From Bacteroidia bacterium (GTDB lineage: Bacteria > Bacteroidota > Bacteroidia > NS11-12g > UBA9320), in the NCBI GenBank assembly GCA_017857855.1, contig JAFMCI010000006.1, forward strand, positions 1-63,059: 63,059 nucleotides of DNA, given 5' to 3'. How positions within the stretch are numbered: the first letter of the stretch is position 1; every line of letters starts with the position of its first letter. The translations under genes and the position numbers were made by a program. This document shows positions 20,023-30,773 of this stretch, piece after piece. Under the pieces are notes generated by a model, which worked only from the letters and a program-made list of their open reading frames with translations, made no database searches and was not told where the DNA came from.

Positions 20023-20652
20023 TTAATTAATAACTGCAGCACCTTCATTATTGCCAATTACGATTTCTAAATCTTCTTCAGTGGTCAACGATGTATTGAA
20101 CGCTTCTACGTTTCCTTTTACCTTAACAGCACCTTCGTTTACCAAGATAGTTTGTATTTCATCGTTACTTAAAGATTGAGCCTCACTGTTATCAATAGCA
20201 ATTAGCAAATGATCATCCGTTTGACGTCTGTCTAATAAGTCTTCTTTAATGCCGTGCATCATTCTGTTGCGTGCAAAGAACATGATCACCATCCCAAACG
20301 CTGTAAAAAGAATGGTAAGTTCAAATATAACAGGTATAAAACTGGTAAATACATTGATATCTTGAGGTTTTCCTCCAATGATCATCGGCCAATCAACAAC
20401 GTTCATGCTGTACGCCAGCGTAAAACCACTTAGTGAGCCTAGCATACCACACAAGAAAGCTCCTATAGTTAAATTAGTTCTTGTATAACCAAGAGCATGA
20501 TCTAAGTGATGCACCGGAAAAGGAGTGTAGCAGTCAAATATTTTAACCCCTTTTTTTCTTAGGGTTTCTACTGCGTGCAAAAGTTTATCCGAGTCGGTAA
20601 AAGTACCAACTGTAAACTTTTTGTTATCTAATAGAATACTTTTATCAACCAT
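20023..20652 (-). CDS. actD: ACIII subunit ActD (DUF3341)
   Basis: YTPFPVHHLD, DWPMIIGGKP, PVIFELTILF. Confidence 0.9.
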   Translation of the reverse strand: MVDKSILLDNKKFTVGTFTDSDKLLHAVETLRKKGVKIFDCYTPFPVHHLDHALGYTRTNLTIGAFLCGMLGSLSGFTLAYSMNVVDWPMIIGGKPQDINVFTSFIPVIFELTILFTAFGMVIMFFARNRMMHGIKEDLLDRRQTDDHLLIAIDNSEAQSLSNDEIQTILVNEGAVKVKGNVEAFNTSLTTEEDLEIVIGNNEGAAVIN

Positions 20653-20653
20653 A

Positions 20654-22000
20654 TTATTCGTTGTCTTTAATGATAGTTTTTACTTCCGCCATATTGATCA
20701 CTGGCAAGAATTTAGCGAACAAGAAGAAACAAGTGAAAAATAGTCCAAATGTTCCCAAGAAAATCCCTACTTCAACCCATGTAGCGTGGTACATAACCCA
20801 ACTACTTGGTAAAAAGTCTCTATGAAGTGATGTTACGATAATAACAAATCGTTCAAACCACATTCCGATGTTTACTACAATTGAAATCACAAATATGAAC
20901 CAAGGCGTAGTTCTAGCCCATTTACTCCAGAATACTTGAGGAGCCATTAGGTTACAGAACATCATAGTCCAATAGGCCCATGCATAAGGACCAAACATTC
21001 TGTTGGCAAAAGCATACTGCTCATACTCATAACCAGAATAAGCAGCGATTACGAATTCAGTGATATACGCTACACCAACTATAGATCCTGTAAGTAGAAT
21101 AATTTTGGTCATTGCCTCTAAATGCTCAGAAGTGATGTAATTTTCATAATTCATTACGTGTCTTGCAATAAGGAGAAGCGTAAGTACCATACCAAAACCA
21201 GAGAAAATTGCTCCAGCAACGAAGTATGGTGGAAATATGGTTGTGTGCCATCCTGGAATTACAGAAGTTGCAAAGTCCATAGATACAATTGTGTGAACAG
21301 ATAATACAAGCGGCGTAGAAATACCTGCAAGAATTAAGGCAACAACTTCATATCTACCCCAAGCTTTAGCAGAACCATTCCAACCCATTGCAAAAAATCC
21401 GTACCAGAATTTTCTTGCTTTTGAAGTTGCTCTATCTCTGATAGTTGCAATATCTGGTATTAAACCTAAGTACCAGAATACCAATGATACAGAAAGATAG
21501 GTAGAGATTGCAAATACATCCCAAAGTAAAGGGGAGTTAAAATTAACCCAAAGAGAACCGAAGGCATTGGGTAAAGGTAACGGCCAAAATCCTAACCATA
21601 CACGTCCCATGTGAAACAAAGGAAAAATTGCCGCACAGAATACTGCAAAAATCGTCATTGCTTCAGCAGAACGGTTAATAGACATTCTCCATTTCTGTCT
21701 AAATAGAAGTAAAACAGCAGAGATTAATGTTCCTGCGTGACCTATACCTACCCAAAATACGAAATTGGTAATATCCCAACCCCACATTACAGACTTATTT
21801 ACGTTCCAAGTTCCAATTCCTTCCCAAACAGTCCAAGCAAGCGTGCCTGCCAGGATGAGAAGAAGCAATACGGCTATTGAAAAACCTAACCACCATGAAT
21901 TAGTAGGTTTGTTTTCAATAGGCCTACAAACGTCATTGGTGACGTCTGTGTAAGTTTTTCCGCCTAGTACTAACGGTTTTCTTATATCTGCTGTGTACAT
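20654..22000 (-). CDS. actC: ACIII quinol-binding subunit ActC (NrfD/PsrC family)
   Basis: [41 protein letters not shown]. Confidence 0.95.
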   Translation of the reverse strand: MYTADIRKPLVLGGKTYTDVTNDVCRPIENKPTNSWWLGFSIAVLLLLILAGTLAWTVWEGIGTWNVNKSVMWGWDITNFVFWVGIGHAGTLISAVLLLFRQKWRMSINRSAEAMTIFAVFCAAIFPLFHMGRVWLGFWPLPLPNAFGSLWVNFNSPLLWDVFAISTYLSVSLVFWYLGLIPDIATIRDRATSKARKFWYGFFAMGWNGSAKAWGRYEVVALILAGISTPLVLSVHTIVSMDFATSVIPGWHTTIFPPYFVAGAIFSGFGMVLTLLLIARHVMNYENYITSEHLEAMTKIILLTGSIVGVAYITEFVIAAYSGYEYEQYAFANRMFGPYAWAYWTMMFCNLMAPQVFWSKWARTTPWFIFVISIVVNIGMWFERFVIIVTSLHRDFLPSSWVMYHATWVEVGIFLGTFGLFFTCFFLFAKFLPVINMAEVKTIIKDNE

Positions 22001-22027
22001 ATTGATTACTGTCTGATTCTTTCGTTA

Positions 22028-25000
22028 TTATTTATTTCTAATCTTGGTCAAGTATTGAACACTTGGTTTTACACCTAGTTCCTCTAAAACGTGATAAGAT
22101 CTGTCATCTCTATATAATTTAGCTATTTCACTGTTAGCATCGTTCAAATCTCCAAATACGATAGCATTAGATGGACATGTTTGAGCACACGCAGTTGTGA
22201 ATTCATCCGTGTTCATTTTACGGTTTTCACGTTTAGCAACAAGCTTAGTAGCCTGGATTCTTTGAACACAGAAGCTACATTTTTCCATCACACCTCTTGA
22301 ACGAACAGTTACATCTGGATTGATAACCATTTTGCCTAGGTCGTTACTGAAATGATAATCGAACTTCTCATTCTCATTGTATCTAAACCAGTTGAATCTA
22401 CGTACTTTGTAAGGACAGTTATTACCACAATATTTAGTACCGATACATCTGTTGTAAGTCATTTGGTTTAGACCTTCACTACTGTGTGTAGTTGCAAGTA
22501 CAGGACAAACTGTCTCACATGGAGCATTATCACAATGCTGACACATCATAGGTTGATGTGCAACTTGTACATTCTCATAGTAATCATAAGCTGTAGCCTT
22601 ATCTTCTGATGCTTCAGCATATGCCTCCATTACTTTTTCTTTACTCATTTGCTCACCTGCTTGTACCGTTTGGTCACCGCCATGAACTATACTTAAGCTA
22701 AGGTCTTTGGTTGTTGGAGCTTCAAAGCTGTAGTATCTATCGACACGTAACCAATGCATTTCTCTTCTACGTCTTACCTCATCTCTACCTACTATAGGTA
22801 CGTTATTTTCTATACTACAACTTACAATACATGCACTACATCCAGTACAAGCGTTCATGTCTATAGCCATACCCCAATGGTGCCCTTTACTGTAATCGTA
22901 ATCTTCCCATAATGTAATTGGCTTTGGTTTGTGAACGTGTTGGCCAGCTTTAGGATCTTTTTTGAAATCTTCTAAACTAGCTTCTCTTATAATATCTCTA
23001 CCTTCAATAGAATAGTGAGATTGAGTCATACCAAATTCGTGTAATGCTGCACCCGCTATTTTTTCAATGGTTACGCCACTGATAATGTAGTTTGCAAAAC
23101 CTCCTTTGATATCTACCAAAGGATAAACGTTTTGGCCTAGATCTTTTAAATCATTTTGTACTTCTGGAGGTAATACTCTTCCATAGCCTAACGCAATACC
23201 GAAAGTTCCTTTTGATTGTCCTGGTTGAATAAGAACAGGAAGGTCGTATTTTCCATTAGCAGTACTTACAGATACCATATCACCAAGTTCCCATCCATTA
23301 GATTTGGCGTCTGCCATAGCAACTGAAAGGTAATTATCCCAAGTTACTTTAGAAACGGGATCTGGCATTTCGTGTGCCCAAGGAGTGTTTCCGTATGCAC
23401 CGTCACGAACGCCTACTTTTTGGTATAGAATCAATTCTGAATCTGCTTTTTTACGAGCAGCTATTTCACTAATTACTTCACCTGTTGTAATATTGAAAGA
23501 CGGAACAGCAGCAGTTGCTACATTCTCAACAATTCCTTTTTCTATAGCTTCATTAAAATTAGTGCCTATAGAGCTTGTGAATACATTTTTAGCATAAACA
23601 TAAGCGTGTGAAAAATCTTCTGTGTCTTTTACATCAACGCCTGTCCATGCAACTAAAGAACTTGCCACATGTCTTCCTTCAAATACAGGAGAGATTGTAG
23701 GCTGCGAGAAGATAAAGCGACCATTATAAGGTTGTTTTATATCCCAGCTCTCAAGTGGATGAAGTCCGGTAGCAATGTGTGTAGCAGTTTCAGCAGTTTC
23801 ATCTAAGGTAATAGATGTGCTGATTCTTACAGGAATTTTAGCAAATGCATTAGCAGATCCTGCATAAGAATAGGCTGGGTTTGCGTCTAGCGTAATAACC
23901 GCACCATAAGCCCCAGATTTTGCTTTTGCTAAAAAGGCATCAAAATCCTTTTCATCAGCACTTTGTCCTTTGTAGTAGTTTGTAATGTCTATTGTAGAAC
24001 CATAGCTACCAAGCATAGTGTTGATGGCATTTACCAATATCTGGTCTTGCTCATTATTGCTACCACATATGACTAACGCTCTACCTTGAGCACCTTTAAG
24101 TGCAGCAGCTGCTTGTTTTATCGAATTACCTGCGGTTTCCATTCCATTTACAGGAGTAGCTCCGCCCATTTCTCTGTACAAAGCAATAAGGTGTTGACCT
24201 ACATTACTCATTTTTATAGGTACACGTACATCGGCATTGGCACCCGTAAGAGACATTAACGACTCAAATTGAAAATGCTTAGACATTTTACCTTCTTTAG
24301 GTACTCTATTCTTGCTATAGTCAGCGTGGAATTTAATTGGACTAATCCAAGTACCTAAGAAATCCGCTCCAAAACTTACAATAACATCTGCGTTTTGAAA
24401 GTTGTATGCTGGAATTACTGCACTGCTAAATGAGGCATTGTTAGCGCGTGTAATGCCAGAATACGAAATAGGCTCGTAAGCAACAACTTCTGTATTGGTA
24501 TATTTTGCCTTAAAGTCAGCGATAGCTTGGTTGGTTACCATGCTCGTACTACCATTTGTAACTATAGCAATAGTTTTATTAGTAGTGCTTAATGCTTTAA
24601 TTACTTGTTTATCAAAATCAGCCCAGGCTACTGGTTTAGTTTTACCTGCAACCATTGCTCCTTTTAATCGGTTGGTATCGTAAAGAGATAAGATAGCAGA
24701 ATGACCAAGGCCATCCAATCCACCACCAAAGTAGGTTGCTTCTTTATTGGGTTCAAATTTGATTGGTCTACCTTCTCTTACTTTTACAAGTACTGGAAAC
24801 CCCTCACTGTTACTTACTGAACTACTCGCATAATATAATGGAACACCAGGAGTTACGTTGTCAGGTTTTTCAGTGTAAGGGATTGCTTTTTTAATAGGAG
24901 CTTTGTTACAAGCCGCTAAAGTTACAGCGCCTAGCCCAAAGCCGAAGTATTTTAGAAAGTCTCTTCTGTTTGCTCGTGTAGCATCATCGTTAGAGAAAAT

Positions 25001-25105
25001 CTTTTCTAATGGTAATCCTTCTGAAAATTCGTTAGCATTAGAAGTTACAAACTCTTGGGTTTGCTCTAACTCTTCTACACCTTTCCAATATTTATTTGAA
25101 GACAT
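22028..25105 (-). CDS. actB: ACIII subunit ActB (TAT-exported molybdopterin-oxidoreductase-like plus Fe-S domains)
   Basis: NRRDFLK twin-Arg plus LAAC lipobox; CTGCSAC, CQHCDNAPC, CIGTKYCGNNCP, CSFC Fe-S motifs. Confidence 0.95.
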   Translation of the reverse strand: MSSNKYWKGVEELEQTQEFVTSNANEFSEGLPLEKIFSNDDATRANRRDFLKYFGFGLGAVTLAACNKAPIKKAIPYTEKPDNVTPGVPLYYASSSVSNSEGFPVLVKVREGRPIKFEPNKEATYFGGGLDGLGHSAILSLYDTNRLKGAMVAGKTKPVAWADFDKQVIKALSTTNKTIAIVTNGSTSMVTNQAIADFKAKYTNTEVVAYEPISYSGITRANNASFSSAVIPAYNFQNADVIVSFGADFLGTWISPIKFHADYSKNRVPKEGKMSKHFQFESLMSLTGANADVRVPIKMSNVGQHLIALYREMGGATPVNGMETAGNSIKQAAAALKGAQGRALVICGSNNEQDQILVNAINTMLGSYGSTIDITNYYKGQSADEKDFDAFLAKAKSGAYGAVITLDANPAYSYAGSANAFAKIPVRISTSITLDETAETATHIATGLHPLESWDIKQPYNGRFIFSQPTISPVFEGRHVASSLVAWTGVDVKDTEDFSHAYVYAKNVFTSSIGTNFNEAIEKGIVENVATAAVPSFNITTGEVISEIAARKKADSELILYQKVGVRDGAYGNTPWAHEMPDPVSKVTWDNYLSVAMADAKSNGWELGDMVSVSTANGKYDLPVLIQPGQSKGTFGIALGYGRVLPPEVQNDLKDLGQNVYPLVDIKGGFANYIISGVTIEKIAGAALHEFGMTQSHYSIEGRDIIREASLEDFKKDPKAGQHVHKPKPITLWEDYDYSKGHHWGMAIDMNACTGCSACIVSCSIENNVPIVGRDEVRRRREMHWLRVDRYYSFEAPTTKDLSLSIVHGGDQTVQAGEQMSKEKVMEAYAEASEDKATAYDYYENVQVAHQPMMCQHCDNAPCETVCPVLATTHSSEGLNQMTYNRCIGTKYCGNNCPYKVRRFNWFRYNENEKFDYHFSNDLGKMVINPDVTVRSRGVMEKCSFCVQRIQATKLVAKRENRKMNTDEFTTACAQTCPSNAIVFGDLNDANSEIAKLYRDDRSYHVLEELGVKPSVQYLTKIRNK

Positions 25106-25134
25106 GATTTACTTTTTCTGTTTTTAATAAATTA

Positions 25135-26061
25135 TTAATAATGACATTTACTACACTCCAACCCTCCGTTCTCAGCAACGGTGACGTAGTCTTTACCTTC
25201 TGCTATCATATTTTTATGAACTTCTTCATAATATGCATTGTTTTCAGAATCAATGCCACGCTCTCTGTGACAATCAATACACCATCCCATTTGAAGGGTA
25301 GAATATTGATATACTTTGTCCATTTCTTGTATGGGACCGTGACATGTTTGACATTCAACTTTACCTACTACTACGTGTTGTGAGTGGTTGAAGTATGCCA
25401 AATCAGGTAGGTTGTGGATACGCACCCATTCAATTGGTTTTTGGTCGTAGCCTTTAATATACTCCATATTGTCACCGTCAAAACCTATAGCATCATATAT
25501 TTTTTGAATTTCCGGAGAAGTTTTGCCATTATACTTTTCGGCGGCCTTAACATATTTGTGGCAATTCATACAGGTATTCAGAGAAGGGATACTTGCTGAT
25601 TTTGATTTTTCTACGGTACTATGGCAGTACTTACAATCTATTTCATACTGACCTGCATGTATTTTATGCGAAAAATTGATGGGTTGGGTAGGAGAGTATC
25701 CTTGTTGTACGCCCACTTCATCCATCCCAAATTTATATCCAAAACCACCTAATACTATCATAAGAAGTCCTGCAATTACCAGTGTAGCAATGGTAGGATT
25801 CCATTTTGAGGTGATAGGTTTGATTTTGCTATCGTAAAATGAAGGTTCATCCTCGGTTCCAATTTTTTCATTTTGAAGAGCCGTAAGATGCTTTTTGATA
25901 CCGAATAGCAAAGCGGCGATAGCTGCAAGAACTACTGATAGAATAACCAACGCTATAAAGGTTGATTCAGAATAAAATGATGACATATTATTTGAAAATG
26001 ATAAAGTGCTTGAGAATATAAATAAAGCCGTTAAGGCTATGTGTGTTTTTAATTTATACAT
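25135..26061 (-). CDS. actA: ACIII pentaheme cytochrome c ActA
   Basis: Five CxxCH motifs, QPINFSHKIH; start moved to ATG 26061, downstream of the -7 element at 26090-26097. Confidence 0.9.
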   Translation of the reverse strand: MYKLKTHIALTALFIFSSTLSFSNNMSSFYSESTFIALVILSVVLAAIAALLFGIKKHLTALQNEKIGTEDEPSFYDSKIKPITSKWNPTIATLVIAGLLMIVLGGFGYKFGMDEVGVQQGYSPTQPINFSHKIHAGQYEIDCKYCHSTVEKSKSASIPSLNTCMNCHKYVKAAEKYNGKTSPEIQKIYDAIGFDGDNMEYIKGYDQKPIEWVRIHNLPDLAYFNHSQHVVVGKVECQTCHGPIQEMDKVYQYSTLQMGWCIDCHRERGIDSENNAYYEEVHKNMIAEGKDYVTVAENGGLECSKCHY

Positions 26062-26089
26062 TTGGTAATGTGCTCGTTCAGGAGTGCCG

Positions 26090-26097
26090 CAAATATA
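26090..26097 (-). promoter_or_regulatory. -7 promoter element (TATATTTG) of the act operon
   Basis: Exact TAnnTTTG match 28 nt before ATG 26061. Confidence 0.65.
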
Positions 26098-26347
26098 TGA
26101 ACCCTCTAATTTGAGCATATTTGAGATATGCACATTTTTTCAATTTAGAAGGCTTTCAAATAGGTTTTTAAAATTTATGTAAAACATTGATTTTCATAAA
26201 ATTAAGCCTTAAAATTTTATAATCACCTAGTCTATGTTTTTTTTATAAAAACACCAAAATATTTTTTCAAGAAATGTACGCCAATTCGTCGTCGTTTTTT
26301 AGAAGTTTGTCTCTCACGTTTATTACATCCCGATTGATGAATTTAAA

Positions 26348-27292
26348 TTATTGGGATATCGATTTTGACGTATCATAAGCCCTTATAATTTCTTTTACCA
26401 ATCTATGTCTTACCACGTCATTTTCATTCAGTTTCACAATACCTATTCCTTTTACATTTTTAAGTAAATTGAGTGCAGGAGCTAAGCCGCTCTCTATACG
26501 AGCAGGCAAATCTACTTGCGTTAAATCGCCTGTAACAACCACTTTTGATATGGGACCCATTCGGGTAAGAAACATTTTTAATTGGGTATTGGTAGCATTT
26601 TGTCCTTCATCTAAAATAGCAAAACAATTATTGAGCGTTCGACCCCGCATAAAAGCTAATGGAGCCACCTCTATGATCCCTTTTTCTATGTATGCTTTAA
26701 ACTTTTCTGGTGGTATCATATCTCCCAAAGCATCGTATAATGGTCTTAAATAAGGATCTACTTTGTCTTTCATATCTCCTGGTAAAAAACCCAAGCTTTC
26801 TCCTGCTTCCACGGCTGGCCTACACAGAATTATTTTCTTAATTTCTTTGTTTCTTAATGCCCTAACAGCAAGTGCCACAGCTGTATATGTTTTTCCTGTT
26901 CCAGCGGGCCCTATGGCAAATACTAAGTCATTTTGATCGACTTGATCTACCAATTCCTGCTGGTTTTTAGTGCGTGCAGAAATAACTTTACCACTTTGAC
27001 CGTGTATAATAATACTGCCAACTGCACTTTTTTTATTCTCTTCACCTTCTACTATGCGTTCCATATCTCCCAAACTCACGGTTTTGTTTATTTTTAAATA
27101 TTTTATGATAGAATCAACTACTTCTGAAAATTCATTGAGGTCTTTTATTTCCCCTTTTGCGCTAATATTATTTCCTCTACTTGAAAGGTGAAGCGAAGGG
27201 AATTTAGATTTAAAGATTTTGAAATAGCTATTATAAGGTCCAAAAAATCGAGAAGGCTCAATGTCTGTGATTATAAATTTTTTCTCTATCAA
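26348..27292 (-). CDS. PhoH family ATPase (YbeZ-like)
   Basis: GPAGTGKT, RPAVEAGE, RGRTL, GDLTQVDLP, VVRHRLV. Confidence 0.93.
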   Translation of the reverse strand: MIEKKFIITDIEPSRFFGPYNSYFKIFKSKFPSLHLSSRGNNISAKGEIKDLNEFSEVVDSIIKYLKINKTVSLGDMERIVEGEENKKSAVGSIIIHGQSGKVISARTKNQQELVDQVDQNDLVFAIGPAGTGKTYTAVALAVRALRNKEIKKIILCRPAVEAGESLGFLPGDMKDKVDPYLRPLYDALGDMIPPEKFKAYIEKGIIEVAPLAFMRGRTLNNCFAILDEGQNATNTQLKMFLTRMGPISKVVVTGDLTQVDLPARIESGLAPALNLLKNVKGIGIVKLNENDVVRHRLVKEIIRAYDTSKSISQ

Positions 27293-27359
27293 TGTACTTG
27301 ATGTAATTGTTACTTTATGTAGTTATTTTCGTCGGCTAAATTAGCTAAAATATCAAATA

Positions 27360-28124
27360 TTGGCAGTACTTACTTTTTTAAGTGATTTCGGGGCAGATTC
27401 TCATTATATGGCTTCTTTCAGGGGAGCTATGTACAAGGCCAATTTGCAAATTCCATTTATTGAAATTACCAGTAGGATAGAACCTTTTGATATTGTGGAG
27501 GCAGCTTACTTGAGTTCAATGGTATACCTTGATTTTTCTGAAGGAAGTATACATGTTTTAGCTACTAATGTTGTAGGAACATCGTTTAATGGACACTTGG
27601 CCGCTTATTACAACGGACATTATTTTTTAGCTCCGGACAATGGTATACTCAGTTTGATTTTTGGCGAGCATTTTAATGATTATTACCTGATACCTACCGA
27701 GAGTTATGAGCAAAATATACAAAATGTGTACATGCCCTTTATTTCTCAATTGGCTGCAGGGAAACAACTAATAGACATAGCACAAAAGGCGAGTAGCGTG
27801 CAAATTAGTACACGTATAACTACTGTAAACGATGGTTTAGAATTGCGAGGAACAGTTCTTTTTGTAGATCACTTTGGAAATGCATACACCAACATCTTGA
27901 AAGAAGAGTTTACGGATTTTACCCGTAATTCAGGATATATAATTAATCTAGGAAAACATACTCAAGTGAAAGAAATTTCTAATGATTTTAGCGATGTAAA
28001 AGAGGGTGATCCACTTTGTTATTTCTCGGATCATGGTTACTTGGTGGTTTCCATTAAAAAAAGTAGTGCCGAGCGACTCTTAAACTTCAGAAAGTATAAG
28101 CCATTATTAATTCAGAAGGTATGA
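27360..28124 (+). CDS. SAM hydrolase / SAM-dependent halogenase family protein (DUF62-like)
   Basis: SDFG, APDNG, VDHFGNAYTNI motifs. Confidence 0.82.
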   Translation: MAVLTFLSDFGADSHYMASFRGAMYKANLQIPFIEITSRIEPFDIVEAAYLSSMVYLDFSEGSIHVLATNVVGTSFNGHLAAYYNGHYFLAPDNGILSLIFGEHFNDYYLIPTESYEQNIQNVYMPFISQLAAGKQLIDIAQKASSVQISTRITTVNDGLELRGTVLFVDHFGNAYTNILKEEFTDFTRNSGYIINLGKHTQVKEISNDFSDVKEGDPLCYFSDHGYLVVSIKKSSAERLLNFRKYKPLLIQKV

Positions 28125-28405
28125 TATTAAGGTTAGTTAAAATGCATTTTAGAGCCGAGGAAACAGCTGATTTTCTAATTTACTTTGAAACTATTAAAGC
28201 TCAAATAGAGAAAATGCCTGGTATTATAAGTTTAAAACTTTACCAAGACGAAAAAGATCCAAATGTATTATTTACACATAGTACATGGTTGAACCAGAGC
28301 AGTTTAGATAATTATAGGCAGTCTGAAACCTTCGGAAAAATATGGCCTAACACCAAAGAGCTGTTTGCATCTGAGCCTATGGCTTGGAGTTTGAAATTAA
28401 AGTAA
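28121..28405 (+). CDS. ABM-domain (putative quinol monooxygenase) protein
   Basis: RLVKMHF...FTHSTW...YRQSE...AWS pattern; ATGA overlap with the upstream gene. Confidence 0.8.
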   Translation: MILRLVKMHFRAEETADFLIYFETIKAQIEKMPGIISLKLYQDEKDPNVLFTHSTWLNQSSLDNYRQSETFGKIWPNTKELFASEPMAWSLKLK

Positions 28406-28422
28406 ATATTATTGTAGTATAA

Positions 28423-30717
28423 ATGAAATCATTCATCAAAAGTATAATCATCACCGTTTTAGTAAGTATCTGTAGCATTGCTTCAGCACAATTCGAAAAA
28501 TTTGAAGAAGCAGTAGAGTCTGGCAATTTTAAGAGACTTGAAAAACTTTGCGTAGATGGGGCAGAGGATAATGAACTTAAAAAGGATCCAAGACTCTATT
28601 ATTATACAGCTCAAGCTTATGTGGAGCTTTCTAAGGATGAGTACTATCTTGCCAAAAATCCTGACGCTGTAAAAAATGCAACTAGAGCTATGTTGAAGGG
28701 GTTAAAGAAGGATGACAATAAATCTGCGATAGAAGAATTTTTGGCAGTGAAAGCCGAAGTAGTTATCGCAAATAATAAGGTTGCATTGAGTGAATATAAT
28801 TCCAATAAAATGGCAAAAGCAGCTAAGTTGTTTGCTGAATCATATTCGATGGATACTTTAAGCAGGTATTCTTACTTTATGGTGGGTAAATGTACCATAG
28901 CTGCGGGTGATACTGCAGAGGGAGAGGTGTACTACCGTACGCTTATTGATTTGTACAATGATGATCTTTCTGCAGACAATAAGACGAGTGAAAAGGAGAT
29001 TGATCCACATACTTATTTTATCAATAAATTCTGGGAAGGGGGTAAACTAGATAGTGCCAAAATTATGATTGCCGATGGTAGAGCTATTTTTGGGGATAAT
29101 GCTAAATTAAATTTTTACCACAAAAAAGTCACGCTTGAACAAATTAAAAATATACCGCCAAGTAATCTAATGCTGGAATATGTTCAGGAAGTACTACAGT
29201 TTTCACCGGCAGACAAGGATTTATTACAAAAGGAGAATTCAATTTATATCTTTTTGATAAAGAATAAGTTACAAGAACCTTCGAAGGGGGAGGCTGATAC
29301 TTTAATTAATAAATTCGTAGCTGAGAAAATAGTAAAATCAGAACTTCCTCAGGCTAAGAAAATAGCTGAAGTAGATGTTTTCGTCGAGAAAAAACCGGAA
29401 AATGTACTTTGGAAATTGGCAGAGTACTTTCAATCATACAGTCACATGGAGGGAGCAAAATTTATTTTGGATAAATATATCGTATTAACTGCACAAAGCG
29501 CATCTGCTAGTGACTTAGCTTTGCGATGGAATGCCATTACCAATTACGCTTTTGATACCAAGGGTTTTGCTTTTGGTGGTTTTGTCTTACAACAAGCAAT
29601 ATCCAAATATCCAACTAACAAGGAATTAAAAGCCACACGTACTCAAGCTATCGCCAAAAAAGAAGTGATGGCAACATCTGTCGAGGAGCAAGGAGCTCTT
29701 TATTTGCTTATGAAAGATGAATATAAGGATAATAAAAACGAAGAAAATCTTAAAAAGCTTATTTTAATAAATGATAAATACGTAGGACAATTGGCAGCAA
29801 ATAACCGTTTCAGTACGGTCAAGGATGTTATGAAAGAACAGATGAGTTATGCTCCAACTAAAGATTACAGCGATAGATTACGCTATTTGGCTAGAGAAGA
29901 TTTTTATCAAAATTATTTTATGTCTAGAACAAAAGGGACAGATATAAACGGGAAAGAAATTCAACCATTTACGTGGAATGGAGATAAAGCTACCTGTAAC
30001 CCAGGAACAATAGATTTAGAAATTCAAGAAAAGGTAGCTAATAGAATTAACTATTTCAGACGGAATGCAGGTGTTCCTGAAGTGCTTTTTGATGAAAACA
30101 CCAATGAGTATTGCCAAAAAGCAGCACTTATGATGGATGTTAATAAAGCCTTAGAACATGATCCTCCAGCAACTTGGAGATGCTGGACAAATGAGGGAAA
30201 TTATGCAGCAAAACATTCACTACTTATAAAAGATGCCAATACCAGTATGGCTGTTACGTACATCATGGATGACAAAAGTCCTAGTGCTGGCAATAGAAGA
30301 TGGTTATTATATCCAAATGGTAGAATATACGGACATGGAAGTACCAACGACTATGCGGTGATTTGGGCGCTCGACGATAGTGGAAGTACAGACACGGTGC
30401 AGTTTATGGATGTTCCTGTCTGTTGGCCTCCAAAAGATGATGTGCCACAACTTATGCTTCTCACCAATTGGACATTCTCTATTTATAGAGATTTAACAAA
30501 TGCAAAGGTAGAAGTGAAACAAGATGGTAAACCATTAGAAGTTAACGTTGAAAAATTTGTCAGGGGTTATGGAGCACCTACTTTGGTTTTTCAACCTAAG
30601 TATGATAAAACGGTGTTACCAGATAAAAGTAATTTTGATATTACAGTAACATTGTCAAGCGGACGTAAATATAACTATACCGTGCGCACATTCTTCTACG
30701 ATCCAGCTAAACGCTAA
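28423..30717 (+). CDS. Exported helical-repeat (TPR-like) protein with C-terminal CAP/SCP-like domain
   Basis: Signal peptide; long helical region; RINYFRRNAGVP...AALMM...HDPP...RRWLLYP CAP-like segment. Confidence 0.65.
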   Translation: MKSFIKSIIITVLVSICSIASAQFEKFEEAVESGNFKRLEKLCVDGAEDNELKKDPRLYYYTAQAYVELSKDEYYLAKNPDAVKNATRAMLKGLKKDDNKSAIEEFLAVKAEVVIANNKVALSEYNSNKMAKAAKLFAESYSMDTLSRYSYFMVGKCTIAAGDTAEGEVYYRTLIDLYNDDLSADNKTSEKEIDPHTYFINKFWEGGKLDSAKIMIADGRAIFGDNAKLNFYHKKVTLEQIKNIPPSNLMLEYVQEVLQFSPADKDLLQKENSIYIFLIKNKLQEPSKGEADTLINKFVAEKIVKSELPQAKKIAEVDVFVEKKPENVLWKLAEYFQSYSHMEGAKFILDKYIVLTAQSASASDLALRWNAITNYAFDTKGFAFGGFVLQQAISKYPTNKELKATRTQAIAKKEVMATSVEEQGALYLLMKDEYKDNKNEENLKKLILINDKYVGQLAANNRFSTVKDVMKEQMSYAPTKDYSDRLRYLAREDFYQNYFMSRTKGTDINGKEIQPFTWNGDKATCNPGTIDLEIQEKVANRINYFRRNAGVPEVLFDENTNEYCQKAALMMDVNKALEHDPPATWRCWTNEGNYAAKHSLLIKDANTSMAVTYIMDDKSPSAGNRRWLLYPNGRIYGHGSTNDYAVIWALDDSGSTDTVQFMDVPVCWPPKDDVPQLMLLTNWTFSIYRDLTNAKVEVKQDGKPLEVNVEKFVRGYGAPTLVFQPKYDKTVLPDKSNFDITVTLSSGRKYNYTVRTFFYDPAKR

Positions 30718-30727
30718 TTGTTATCTT

Positions 30728-30754
30728 GCAACCTTTGATGTAACTTGCACGTCT
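30728..30754 (+). promoter_or_regulatory. Candidate ECF sigma promoter (GCAACC-N16-CGTCT)
   Basis: AAC/-35 and CGT/-10 pattern 19 nt before ATG 30774. Confidence 0.4.
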
Positions 30755-30773
30755 AAAACTCAGACGTTAGCAA

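Noticed and set aside
26062-26133. Longer N-terminus of ActA given by the ORF track
   Set aside because: It spans the -7 promoter element; ATG 26061 gives a signal-like N-terminus
26187-26200. FNR-like box TTGAT-N4-ATAAA upstream of the act operon
   Set aside because: One mismatch in a very AT-rich spacer; likely by chance
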